From NCBI GenBank assembly GCA_038562375.1, contig JBCFAY010000016.1:5516-69515 (forward strand): a DNA stretch of 64,000 bases, in the 5' to 3' direction. Shown here piece by piece: positions 19,384-28,755 of the stretch. A program made the position numbers and the translations under genes. Origin of the DNA: Bacillota bacterium (GTDB lineage Bacteria > Bacillota > Clostridia > Christensenellales > CAG-138). The notes beneath the pieces were generated by a model. That model had not been told where the DNA came from. It was given only the letters and a program-made list of their open reading frames with translations, and did not search any database. Every line of letters begins with the position of its first letter. Position 1 is the stretch's first letter.

Positions 19384-20568
19384 TTATAACGCTTTGGGGG
19401 CGGGTTTCTCAAGCATTCGCATCAACGCCGCGCTCAATGCCGCGCCGCCTAGGAATATCAGCGGCGCAATCAGCATCGCCATTTGGAGCGAATGCGCTCT
19501 GGCCACGGCGCCCTCCAGGGGGGGAACCACCGCACGCGCGATATTTATCATGATGGACATCACCGTCACCGGCAGCGAAGAGATCCTCGCAAAACGCCGC
19601 CCGCCCTCATGGAAGGTGAGCGGGACGCCGGGTCCCACGCCGAATCCCGCGAGAATGCTCGCGATGAACATCATCAGGCCGTTCTGAAGCAGTATCCCAG
19701 CCGCCAGCGAACCGGCGCTCAGAAGGAAGCAAACTAGCAGGGTCTTCAGCGCCGAAAGCTTCAATTTCGGATACAAGAAGCGCGCGATCACCGACGTCAG
19801 CCAGAACAGCGTAAGCGCGAGCGCCGCAAGATCCGCCCTGTTTAGATCCATGGACATATAGCGCACGATATAATAGACATATCCGTATTGGCCGCCCATA
19901 TTCACAAACATCATCAGAATAAACAGGATGTTCGCCTTGTCGCCCAAATATTCGCGAAGGTCGGCTCCGGTAATCCGCTGCGTCGAATGGGCCACAGCCT
20001 CTGTCTTGGCGTTGCGCGCGAGGAATACGGAAACCGCCATCTGTAAAACGCAGACGGCAAGAAACCCGCTGTAGATAAAATAGACCGTTCTCCACGTATG
20101 CCCGTTCAGAATCCATTGGATGAGTATGGGCGAAACAAGGCTGCCGATGGCGAAACAACCGTGCAGCATGGACATATATTTGGCGCTGTCCTTCCCCTGA
20201 AGATCGATGATGAGCGAGCTCGAATACGAGTCCATGAAGCCAAGGCCCATTCCGTTAAAGGCATAGGCGATCAAAGCCGCTCCGAAGGTTTTTGCGGAAC
20301 CGATCGCAAAAAGCGCGATGGTCATCATCGTCATCGCAAAGATCAGCATCGTCGTCTTCTTTTTTACGCGGCCAACGAGAAAAAAAATCGACAGCAGCGC
20401 CGCCATGGCGCCGACGCTGTTGAACGTGCCGAAATATCCCTGCTGTGCACCCACGAGCGAAAACTCGCTCACAAGGTCCGAAAGCACCATCGAGATGATG
20501 CCCACGGACATGGACATGCCGAGCATCATCAGCAGTACGGATATGACAACCCTTTTGTTTGCCTTCAT
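19384..20568 (-). CDS. MFS transporter
   Basis: 394 aa, about 12 hydrophobic segments, LHG.F..GS...P pattern. Confidence 0.88.
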   Translation of the reverse strand: MKANKRVVISVLLMMLGMSMSVGIISMVLSDLVSEFSLVGAQQGYFGTFNSVGAMAALLSIFFLVGRVKKKTTMLIFAMTMMTIALFAIGSAKTFGAALIAYAFNGMGLGFMDSYSSSLIIDLQGKDSAKYMSMLHGCFAIGSLVSPILIQWILNGHTWRTVYFIYSGFLAVCVLQMAVSVFLARNAKTEAVAHSTQRITGADLREYLGDKANILFILMMFVNMGGQYGYVYYIVRYMSMDLNRADLAALALTLFWLTSVIARFLYPKLKLSALKTLLVCFLLSAGSLAAGILLQNGLMMFIASILAGFGVGPGVPLTFHEGGRRFARISSLPVTVMSIMINIARAVVPPLEGAVARAHSLQMAMLIAPLIFLGGAALSAALMRMLEKPAPKAL

Positions 20569-20653
20569 TCTTCCTCTTCTTTCCGAGCATGGCCGATTCT
20601 GCCGGAAGGAATACTATGGGCAGATCGGAATCCATCTTAAGAAATGGTGCAAA

Positions 20654-21421
20654 ATGCTGTATTATTACGTTCCGTTCGCATACTGGTTCGCGACGCGCCT
20701 GCCGCAAAAGCAGCAGCGGCTGGATTTTTGGGGCCTTTTCTTGCTGCCCCAGGCGTTCGTTTGCCTTTCGCGCGGACAATACTTGGCGCTTGTACCCGCG
20801 CTGATCGTCATCGGATGCGTGCTGGAAATCAGCTTTCTAAAAAAAGATGTTTATCTCGACAAAACGCTCCCGTCGGAATCCACGGCCCCGCTTGAGTTGA
20901 TCCGCGGTCATGCGCGCCCCCTGATGCTCTGGCGCGCCGCGCTGATCCTGGGATCGGGTCTGGCGCTAAAGCAACAGGAAGGGGCGCGGCTGTTCTTCAA
21001 TCCGTTCCTCGTGTGCCTGTTTTTCTGCTGCGTGATACTCGCGTTCCACAACAGCGCAAGAGGCCGGTGGAAACTGCTTACGGGAACGCTGCAAAACGGG
21101 ATCACGTTTACCCTGCTGCCCATGCTGTTTTTGCCCGATCCGCTCGCCTGCATACTGGCCTTTATACTGTGCAATACGATCCCGACGCTCGCGTTTTCCC
21201 TTTTTAAGCTCAATGCGGGGGCGCGACTGCCCGACGTCATACTCGCGGCGCCCACGCGTTTTCTTCTTCGGTATTATTCGACGCTTCTGGTAACAGCGTT
21301 TCTGCTTTCCGCGTTTTTGCCCCAGTATACGGCGTATTTTCTGCCGATCACTTCGTGGTATCTGCTTTACTACCTCGGCGTCTCCCTTTACAACCTCACG
21401 GGCGCGCTGCGAAGGGAATAG
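20654..21421 (+). CDS. Hypothetical polytopic membrane protein
   Basis: 3' part of ORF 20318-21421 from ATG 20654; several TM segments; the upstream part overlaps the antisense MFS gene and was discarded. Confidence 0.6.
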   Translation: MLYYYVPFAYWFATRLPQKQQRLDFWGLFLLPQAFVCLSRGQYLALVPALIVIGCVLEISFLKKDVYLDKTLPSESTAPLELIRGHARPLMLWRAALILGSGLALKQQEGARLFFNPFLVCLFFCCVILAFHNSARGRWKLLTGTLQNGITFTLLPMLFLPDPLACILAFILCNTIPTLAFSLFKLNAGARLPDVILAAPTRFLLRYYSTLLVTAFLLSAFLPQYTAYFLPITSWYLLYYLGVSLYNLTGALRRE

Positions 21422-21454
21422 GCGCCGGACACGCCGGCGCCAGAAGTTGCGTTG

Positions 21455-21991
21455 TTATGCGATGGCTTCCTCGCCCCGTTTTAATGCTTCCCTGTTCAAA
21501 GGAATCAGATGCGCCTTATTCTCGCCGAGCTTTTTCAGGAGCGCCGTAAGCACGCTTTCGATGTCCACGCATTTGGCTTTGGCGATATACGCGCCGAGCA
21601 TCACCATGTTCGCAACCTTGGCGTTGCCGAGCGATTCCGCGATCTCATTGCAGGGCACATAATAGGTTTCGATATCCGTGCGCTTCGACTTTTGGTCGAT
21701 GATCGAGCTGTTGATGAACAACATGCCTCCGGGCTGAACGTTCTTCTCAAACTTCTCGAGCGACGGCCGGTTCATCGCGATCACGGCTGTCGCGGAGGTG
21801 ACGACCGGGGATGCCACCGGCTCGTCCGAGATCACAACGGAGCAGTTCGCCGTTCCGCCGCGCATCTCGGGACCGTAGGAAGGCAGCCACGATACCTCTT
21901 TGCCCTCGAGCATCCCGGCATACGAGAGCAGCTGCCCCATCAAGAGCACGCCCTGTCCGCCGAAGCCCGCGAAAATATTCTGTTCCAGCAT
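21455..21991 (-). CDS. 2-oxoacid:ferredoxin oxidoreductase gamma subunit
   Basis: [29 protein letters not shown]. Confidence 0.95.
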   Translation of the reverse strand: MLEQNIFAGFGGQGVLLMGQLLSYAGMLEGKEVSWLPSYGPEMRGGTANCSVVISDEPVASPVVTSATAVIAMNRPSLEKFEKNVQPGGMLFINSSIIDQKSKRTDIETYYVPCNEIAESLGNAKVANMVMLGAYIAKAKCVDIESVLTALLKKLGENKAHLIPLNREALKRGEEAIA

Positions 21992-21994
21992 CCC

Positions 21995-22729
21995 TCAGAC
22001 CTCCTTCTTCACACCCAGCGGATAGTATGGAATCATGTTCTCCTCGAGCCATTCCATCGCTTCCACAGGGTTCTTGCCCCAGTTGGTCGGGCAGGTGGAA
22101 AGCACCTCTACCATCGAAAAGCCCTTTTTGGCGATCTGCGCTTCGAACGCTTTCCTGATCGCCTTTTTGGCGCGGATGATATTGGCGTTGTTGTTGAGGG
22201 CCACGCGTTCGATGAACGCCGCGCCATCGATCGTCGCGAGCATTTCGCTCACGCGGATCGGGCTGCCGCAGTGATCCTTATCCCTTCCGTAAGGGGAAGT
22301 CGTCGTCTTCTGACCGACGAGCGTGGTCGGCGCCATCTGGCCGCCCGTCATCCCGTAGATCGCGTTGTTGATGAATATCGCCGTAATCTTTTCCCCGCGA
22401 TGCGCCGCCTGCACGATTTCGCCCGTGCCGATGGACGCGAGGTCCCCGTCTCCCTGATAGGTGAATACGACGCTGTCGGGGAGCGCGCGCTTGATGCCGG
22501 TCGCCACCGCGGGCGCACGGCCGTGCGCGGCCTGCTGCATGTCGATATTGAAATAGTTGTACGCGAACACCGCGCAGCCGACCGGCGCGATGCCGATCGC
22601 ATGGTCGCCCACGCCCAGCTCTTCGAGCACTTCGGCCACAAGCCGATGCACGATGCCGTGCGTGCAGCCGGGGCAGTAATGCATCACAGCATCCGTCAAA
22701 AGAGGGGTTTTCTTAAATACCGTCGTCAT
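21995..22729 (-). CDS. 2-oxoacid:ferredoxin oxidoreductase beta (TPP-binding) subunit, VOR-type
   Basis: HYCPGCTHG, GDGD, NNAIYGMTGGQ, STCPTNW. Confidence 0.95.
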   Translation of the reverse strand: MTTVFKKTPLLTDAVMHYCPGCTHGIVHRLVAEVLEELGVGDHAIGIAPVGCAVFAYNYFNIDMQQAAHGRAPAVATGIKRALPDSVVFTYQGDGDLASIGTGEIVQAAHRGEKITAIFINNAIYGMTGGQMAPTTLVGQKTTTSPYGRDKDHCGSPIRVSEMLATIDGAAFIERVALNNNANIIRAKKAIRKAFEAQIAKKGFSMVEVLSTCPTNWGKNPVEAMEWLEENMIPYYPLGVKKEV

Positions 22730-22732
22730 CTG

Positions 22733-23803
22733 TTACGCCCTCCTCATGTTCATGATCTTCTCGCAGATTTCCTCGGCCGTCGGAACATAGCTGCCCGGCC
22801 TTCCAAGGAACTCCACGGGCTTCGCGCCGTTCACCGCGAGGCGGACATCCTCCACCATCTGCCCAGCGCTGATCTCAACCGCCAGCGCGGCCTTGACGCT
22901 CGGGCGCAGCACGGCGTCAAGCACGGCTTTCTCCGGGAACGGCCAGATCGTAATCGGCCGCACCAGTCCGACCTTAACGCCTTTCTTCTCGCAAAGAGCG
23001 ATGGCGCTCTTGCAGATTCGGGCGATCGTGCCGTACGCGACGATGATAATCTCCGCGCCGTCGAGCTTGTACTCCTCGGCGCGAACCTCGTTTTCGCGGA
23101 TCGCCTTGTACCTTGACTGCAGGCGCTGGTTGAGCTCGTCGAGCGCCTCAAACTCGATGTATAGCGAATTGACCACCGCGCGCGGCCGTGCGCTTTTCGG
23201 CGACCAGCCGGTCGTCGCCCAGTCCTTGGGCGGCAGCTCGCGCTTTTTGGCGGTTTCAGGGAACTGCACCGGCTCCATCATCTGGCCGATGATGCCGTCT
23301 GCGATCATCATCACCGGCGTGCGGTATTGATCGGCAAGATCGAACGCATCCTGCATCAGGTCGATCGTTTCCTGTACGGACGCGGGGGCAAACGCGATCA
23401 CATGATAATCGCCGTGGCCGCCGCCGCGGGTTGCCTGGAAATAGTCGCCCTGGGAAGCTTGGATCGAACCGAGCCCCGGGCCGCCGCGAACCACGTTGAC
23501 GACCACGCAGGGAAGCTCCGCGCCCACGCAATAGGAAATACCCTCCATCTTCAGGCTGATGCCCGGGCTCGAAGAAGAAGTCATCACGCGCGCGCCCGCT
23601 CCGGCTGCGCCGTACACCATATTGATCGCGGCGATTTCGCTTTCCGCCTGAAGGAAGCATCCGCCGACCTTGGGGAGCTTCGCCGCCATATATTCGGGAA
23701 TATCGTTCTGCGGAGTGATCGGATACCCAAAAAAATACCGACATCCGGCGCGGATGGCAGCTTCAGCAATCGCTTCGCAGCCTTTCATCAATTGTTTTTC
23801 CAT
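22733..23803 (-). CDS. vorB: 2-oxoacid:ferredoxin oxidoreductase alpha subunit (3-methyl-2-oxobutanoate dehydrogenase VorB-type)
   Basis: FGYPITPQ, QAESE, TSSSSPG, RGGPGLGSIQ..Q.DY, GGGHGDY. Confidence 0.9.
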   Translation of the reverse strand: MEKQLMKGCEAIAEAAIRAGCRYFFGYPITPQNDIPEYMAAKLPKVGGCFLQAESEIAAINMVYGAAGAGARVMTSSSSPGISLKMEGISYCVGAELPCVVVNVVRGGPGLGSIQASQGDYFQATRGGGHGDYHVIAFAPASVQETIDLMQDAFDLADQYRTPVMMIADGIIGQMMEPVQFPETAKKRELPPKDWATTGWSPKSARPRAVVNSLYIEFEALDELNQRLQSRYKAIRENEVRAEEYKLDGAEIIIVAYGTIARICKSAIALCEKKGVKVGLVRPITIWPFPEKAVLDAVLRPSVKAALAVEISAGQMVEDVRLAVNGAKPVEFLGRPGSYVPTAEEICEKIMNMRRA

Positions 23804-23818
23804 GGTTGCAGTCCTTCC

Positions 23819-24025
23819 TTATTTCTCGATCTCAATGGCCATATCCGGACAGGTTCTGGCGCACGCCGCACAGGCGATGCACTCCTCCATGTTCACGACC
23901 TCCGCGGAATGGTACCCCTTGGAATTGAGGTTGCTCTTTGAGATCTGTACGATCTTCTTCGGGCACGCGCGCACGCAAAGCCCGCATCCCTTGCAGCGCT
24001 CTTCGTCGATTATTACTACACCCAT
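23819..24025 (-). CDS. 2x[4Fe-4S] ferredoxin (oxidoreductase delta subunit)
   Basis: CKGCGLCVRACP and CIACAACARTCP. Confidence 0.95.
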   Translation of the reverse strand: MGVVIIDEERCKGCGLCVRACPKKIVQISKSNLNSKGYHSAEVVNMEECIACAACARTCPDMAIEIEK

Positions 24026-24061
24026 TGCCTAGCCTCGCCTTCGTAGAAAAATTAAAAACGT

Positions 24062-24084
24062 TAACAATGATTATATCATTGTTA
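24062..24084. promoter_or_regulatory. Perfect palindrome over a -10 box upstream of the oxidoreductase operon
   Basis: TAACAATGAT-TAT-ATCATTGTTA; minus-strand TATAAT at 24075-24070. Confidence 0.55.
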
Positions 24085-24114
24085 TTTTATAAATACAACT
24101 TTTCGGGTAGGCCG

Positions 24115-24831
24115 TCATATTCCCTTTTCCGTAAACGAATCCCAATCCCGGTGCATATATGTATTGATCTCAAAAGGCTCGCCGATGTATTTCTCCTCCA
24201 GCTTGCGTTCGCGCGCCATCTGCAAAAACGCCCGCAAGGGTTGTGCGCGCCCGCAGGTATAGCGGACGGGGATATTGAGCCGCTCGGATACGGATTTGAC
24301 GATATCATAGCCCTTGATGAGGTCTTCCGCGCTCGCGAGCACCGAGAGGTTCGCGTTGTTGACAAGGCCGGTGACGGCAAGCCGCGCCCGATAGCGGATA
24401 CGCTCGTACAGATCCGTTACCATCTGCGGCTCCGCGGAAAACGGGCGGAACGGATTGATCACGAAGAGCACCTCGAGGCTGCCCTCGGGGAGCGCGTCAA
24501 AATCGCTTTTGTACTGCCCCAATACCGTCGCTCCGGCGGGATCCCCGCCCACGTCGAACACCACGAGTTCATGATCGTCCTGGAACACGGAACGGATCTC
24601 GGGGGGCAAAGAAGGCACGTCGACCGTCGTGAGAGAAAAGTTCGGATGCAGCAGCTTTATCCCGGCGGCGGTCAGCTCCCGTTTGCGTTCCGCGCTGCGG
24701 AAGTAAGGATTGATCACATCGAGATCCACAAGCACCGCTTTATGGCGTTTCACTCCCTCAAAAACGAGGTTCAGCGCGATCTCGGTCTTCCCGCTGCCAA
24801 AATTCCCAATTAAAACCGCTACTTTTTTCAT
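24115..24831 (-). CDS. P-loop ATP-binding protein associated with VOR operons
   Basis: GNFGSGKTE, DLDVINPYFRS, DVGGD..GA; start at ATG 24831. Confidence 0.85.
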   Translation of the reverse strand: MKKVAVLIGNFGSGKTEIALNLVFEGVKRHKAVLVDLDVINPYFRSAERKRELTAAGIKLLHPNFSLTTVDVPSLPPEIRSVFQDDHELVVFDVGGDPAGATVLGQYKSDFDALPEGSLEVLFVINPFRPFSAEPQMVTDLYERIRYRARLAVTGLVNNANLSVLASAEDLIKGYDIVKSVSERLNIPVRYTCGRAQPLRAFLQMARERKLEEKYIGEPFEINTYMHRDWDSFTEKGI

Positions 24832-24914
24832 GCTTTTCTCCCAGCCGCGCCTGATGCGGCGCGAAATCCACATTTGTATTCTATAACCCGCGCATTGCGG
24901 GATTTTATATCAAC

Positions 24915-26516
24915 TCAATCGGGCCGATAGCGCGAGAGTATTTCCTCCGCCGCGCGCAACCCGTCCACCGCCGCGCTGACGATGCCGCCCGCGTAGCCCG
25001 CGCCCTCGCCGACCGGATACAGACCGCCCACCCGCGTCGCTTCCCCCGAAGGGCCGCGGAGGATGCGCACGGGTGAGCTTGTCCGGCTCTCGATCGCGGT
25101 GAGCACCGCGTCCTCATGATCAAAGCCCTTGAGCTGCCGCGCGAACGCGAGGATCCCGAAGCGTACGCCCTCGGCGATAAAATCGGGCAGACATCCGTAG
25201 AGGTCGGCGGCGCGAACGCCCGGGCGGTATGTTGGCTTGATCCCGCCGAAAGCTTTGGGCGCGCAGCGGCGGATAAAATCGCCCACGCGCGATGCGGGAG
25301 CCCGATAATCTCCGCCGCCCGCGAAGAACGCGCGACGCTCGAGCTCCTCCTGAAATCGCATGCCGTCGAGCGCGCCGCGCCCGAAATCCTCCGGGCCGAC
25401 CGATACGACGATCGCCGCGTTCGCGTTGCGCCCGTCGCGCGCGTAATCGCTCATGCCGTTGGTCACGACCTGTTCGCTGCCCGATGAGGAGGCGACCACC
25501 ATGCCGCCCGGACACATGCAGAACGTATAGACTCCGCGCTCTTCCGCCTTCGCGCTCAGATGGTATTCCGCTGCGCCGAGGCGCGGATGCCCGGCGAGCT
25601 CGCCGAACTGCGCACGGTCGATCATACTCTGCTCGTGCTCGATGCGTACGCCCACCGCGAAAGCCTTGGGCGCAAGCTCAAGCCCGCTTCGATCGAGCAT
25701 CCCGTAAGTATCCCTCGCGCCCTGACCCGTCGCCAGCACCAGTACCGAACAGGGCTGCTCGCTTACAATCCCTTGCCGAAGGAGCGTTACGCCGGAAAGG
25801 CTTCCATCCTTTTGGGAGATGCCCGTCAATGTCGTTGAAAACCGGATCTCGCCGCCAAGGCTCTCGATCCGGCGGCGCATATTCGCCACGACGACGCGCA
25901 GCCGATCGGTCCCGATGTGCGGCTTCGCCAGGATGCCTATCGATTCGGGGGCGCCGAATTCTATCAGCGTCCGGATAATCTCATGCGCGCGCGGATCCTT
26001 GATGCGGGTGGTGAGCTTTCCGTCCGAAAACGTCCCCGCCCCGCCCTCGCCGAACATCACGTTGCTCTCTACGTCGAGCGTGCCGCCCGCCCAAAAGCGT
26101 TCGACGTCCAATGCGCGCTCCTCTACGCTCTTGCCCCGCTCCACGACGATGGGCCGGTAGCCGTAGCGCGCGAGCGCATAAGCCGCAAACAGCCCGGCGG
26201 GGCCGAGCCCCGCCACTATGACCGGGCCGGGAAGGCGGCGTGTTCCGACGCAAAGCTCGCGTTTTTCATAGTCCTGCGCCTTGTGCACATTGGGAAGCTT
26301 TTTTTCAAGGACGCGCTTTTCGTCCTTTGGGGAAAGGGTTACCTGTACCGTGCAGAGGAAATGGATGTCGTTCTTCTTTCTCGCGTCCAGCGCGTTGCGT
26401 GAAAGAGTGCAAGACAATACCGCTTCCCGCGGCACTCCGAAGGCCGCCGCACACCGTGCGGCAAGGGACTCCGGATCCGACTGAAGCGGCATTTTCAGGT
26501 TACTGATACAAAGCAT
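24915..26516 (-). CDS. FAD-dependent oxidoreductase (COG2509-type)
   Basis: GLGPAG, FGEGGAGTFSDGKL, YTFCMCPGG, ESRTSSPVRI, GEGAGYAGGI.SAAVDG. Confidence 0.9.
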   Translation of the reverse strand: MLCISNLKMPLQSDPESLAARCAAAFGVPREAVLSCTLSRNALDARKKNDIHFLCTVQVTLSPKDEKRVLEKKLPNVHKAQDYEKRELCVGTRRLPGPVIVAGLGPAGLFAAYALARYGYRPIVVERGKSVEERALDVERFWAGGTLDVESNVMFGEGGAGTFSDGKLTTRIKDPRAHEIIRTLIEFGAPESIGILAKPHIGTDRLRVVVANMRRRIESLGGEIRFSTTLTGISQKDGSLSGVTLLRQGIVSEQPCSVLVLATGQGARDTYGMLDRSGLELAPKAFAVGVRIEHEQSMIDRAQFGELAGHPRLGAAEYHLSAKAEERGVYTFCMCPGGMVVASSSGSEQVVTNGMSDYARDGRNANAAIVVSVGPEDFGRGALDGMRFQEELERRAFFAGGGDYRAPASRVGDFIRRCAPKAFGGIKPTYRPGVRAADLYGCLPDFIAEGVRFGILAFARQLKGFDHEDAVLTAIESRTSSPVRILRGPSGEATRVGGLYPVGEGAGYAGGIVSAAVDGLRAAEEILSRYRPD

Positions 26517-26552
26517 AGTCTGTGGCTAACGTTCCTGACGGCGCAGATACCG

Positions 26553-27839
26553 TCAATCCCTCTCAATTCTTACAATGATGTCGTTTGCCGAAAGCGTATG
26601 TTCAAGTTCGTTGAGCGTATCCGCATTTTTGATCTCCACCGTTACAGGCAGCGTGTACGTTCCCGTGTTCAGCCCCGTCACATCGATCTTCAGCTTGATG
26701 TCGGTGTTCTTGAGCGAGGATACGAGGCTTATGCGGCCCTTGATAAGAACATCCACCAGTTCCGGATTCAGCGTCGCCCTCAGGCCTTTGCCGAGGCCGA
26801 CGACCGTCACCGGACGCTGCACGAACGCGCGCTCGAGCGGCTTCTCCTGAATATTGATGAACGCCTCCACGGTCGAACTCCCGATGACCTGCACGCCGTC
26901 GGGCACCTTGATGTCGAGCTGCTCCAGCACGTTCTCCTTGCGTCCGGAAAGATCGATGCTCTCGAGCTCCAGCTTGTCGATCGCGTTCAAAAGCTCCTTC
27001 GGACCGACGATATCGACCGTCTCGGGGTTCGTCTTCTTCTCCACGATCTCATAGTTTACCGGCAGGCTGTCGAGGCCCAGCAGCGCCCCGTCGAGATCGA
27101 GCGGCACGGTTTTCTTGGGCAGAACCGGCAATTTCACCGTCACGGCCGCCGTTTCGCCGATAAACAGACCCGGGTTGACCTCCGCGCCGTCGCGGTCGAG
27201 GAAAACGACGTTGACCGCGTCGTTATAGCTTTGGATGCGATCCGTAAGCGCCACATAGCATACCGCGCGGGATACGCGGTTCACGTCCTGCGTCGCGCCG
27301 CGAATCTCCACCGTATCGCGGCTCAATACCGGCACGCCCGCCCAATAGTTTGCGGGCAGAGTCCCCTCGTACTGCACCTCGACCGGGACGCTCTTGGTCG
27401 CATACGTGTCGATATCCAGATAGACATACTGCGGGCTGACGCTCTGGACGCTGCCCGTGCTCGTATACGGCACCACCTTGACGCGGTACGCATCGTCCGC
27501 CTTATTGATGTCCTTGAGGCTGACGGTGGCCGTCACATCCGATGCGGACAGATCCATATAGTGCGTCAGCTCGATATCGACCTTGACCTCGACGTCGCTT
27601 AAAAGCTCCGAGCGGATGCCTCGCACGATCAGGCCGCGCGCGATCAGATCCGCTTCGCCTTCAAAGCTGACGCTCACGCCCGTGAGCGTCTTGGTACGGA
27701 TCGGATTGATGTCCGTGAGCACATAGCCCCACAAAAGCGTCGCGAACACGAGCGAGAGTATTTTTAAGACCAAATTGCGGCCGAAGAGCCGCAGGAACGT
27801 CTTTTTCAGCAAAGCAAGAAATTTATTCTGTTTTTTCAT
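26553..27839 (-). CDS. cdaR: CdaA regulatory protein CdaR (YbbR repeats)
   Basis: KILSLVFA.LLW.YV TM, repeated P..V.I.G YbbR motifs, overlaps cdaA. Confidence 0.88.
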   Translation of the reverse strand: MKKQNKFLALLKKTFLRLFGRNLVLKILSLVFATLLWGYVLTDINPIRTKTLTGVSVSFEGEADLIARGLIVRGIRSELLSDVEVKVDIELTHYMDLSASDVTATVSLKDINKADDAYRVKVVPYTSTGSVQSVSPQYVYLDIDTYATKSVPVEVQYEGTLPANYWAGVPVLSRDTVEIRGATQDVNRVSRAVCYVALTDRIQSYNDAVNVVFLDRDGAEVNPGLFIGETAAVTVKLPVLPKKTVPLDLDGALLGLDSLPVNYEIVEKKTNPETVDIVGPKELLNAIDKLELESIDLSGRKENVLEQLDIKVPDGVQVIGSSTVEAFINIQEKPLERAFVQRPVTVVGLGKGLRATLNPELVDVLIKGRISLVSSLKNTDIKLKIDVTGLNTGTYTLPVTVEIKNADTLNELEHTLSANDIIVRIERD

Positions 27840-28671
27840 GCTTCACCCTCCGTTTCAGCCAGGCGTGCGCATTGTCCTTCTGCGGAAGAAACGTGGATTC
27901 CAGCAGATCGCGCAAAGCCTTGGAATCGATGTAGCGCACGAGCTTGCCATCCCGCGCCACGCTGACGATTCCGGTTTCCTCGGAGACGACGATCGTGATG
28001 CTGTCCGACACGACGGAGATGCCGAGCGCCGCCCTGTGCCGCGTTCCAAGCTCCCTTGCGAGCATCAGGTCGTCCGAAAGCGGGAGTATGCACGCGGCGG
28101 CGACGATGATCCCGTCCCGAACGATCGCGGCCCCGTCGTGCAGCGGGGTGTTGGGTTCGAAGATGTTCTCGATCAGCGCCGCGGAGAGACGGCCGTCGAT
28201 GCGTGTGCCGGTCGAGATGATATCGCCGAGGCCGGTGCGCTGCTCCAAGACGATCAGGGCGCCCACCCTGCGCTTTGCCATGTTGAGCACCGCGCGGTGG
28301 AGCTCCCCGACCACCTCTTCCGAAGCGGGCGAAATGCTCGTGAACAGACTGCGGTCAAAAAACCTGCCCCTGCCGATCTGCTCGAGCGCGCGGCGGAATT
28401 CGGGCTGAAAGAGTATGACCGCGACGAGTATCCCCGATTTGACGACCGAATCGAGCAGCCAGCTCACCACCGTAAGGCCCAGCAGCTGGCTCGCGGACGC
28501 GGCCAAAAACAGCATACCAAGCCCCTTGAGCACCTGATAGGCGCGGGTCTGCTTGGTCAGCATGATCACGTTATAGAGGATGACGGCAATGATAAGAATA
28601 TCCACAGAATCCAGCAGAGAAAACTGGGAAAATCCACTGGTTATCGCTTTGACGATCACATCAAACGACAT
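27823..28671 (-). CDS. cdaA: Diadenylate cyclase CdaA
   Basis: Three N-terminal TMs, FQPEFRRALE, TPLHDGA, GTRHRAA, VSEETG. Confidence 0.97.
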   Translation of the reverse strand: MSFDVIVKAITSGFSQFSLLDSVDILIIAVILYNVIMLTKQTRAYQVLKGLGMLFLAASASQLLGLTVVSWLLDSVVKSGILVAVILFQPEFRRALEQIGRGRFFDRSLFTSISPASEEVVGELHRAVLNMAKRRVGALIVLEQRTGLGDIISTGTRIDGRLSAALIENIFEPNTPLHDGAAIVRDGIIVAAACILPLSDDLMLARELGTRHRAALGISVVSDSITIVVSEETGIVSVARDGKLVRYIDSKALRDLLESTFLPQKDNAHAWLKRRVKHEKTE

Positions 28672-28755
28672 TCCGCAAACTCCTTACGCTCCGACATGTA
28701 TATTGATTATACCCTATTGGGCTGGAATTTGATAGCAAGCGCGGTTGAAATTCAT

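Noticed and set aside
24915-28671. Absence of glmM after cdaA-cdaR
   Set aside because: cdaA-cdaR followed by an FAD oxidoreductase and 2-oxoacid oxidoreductase genes is an arrangement I recall from other clostridia, so not unusual.
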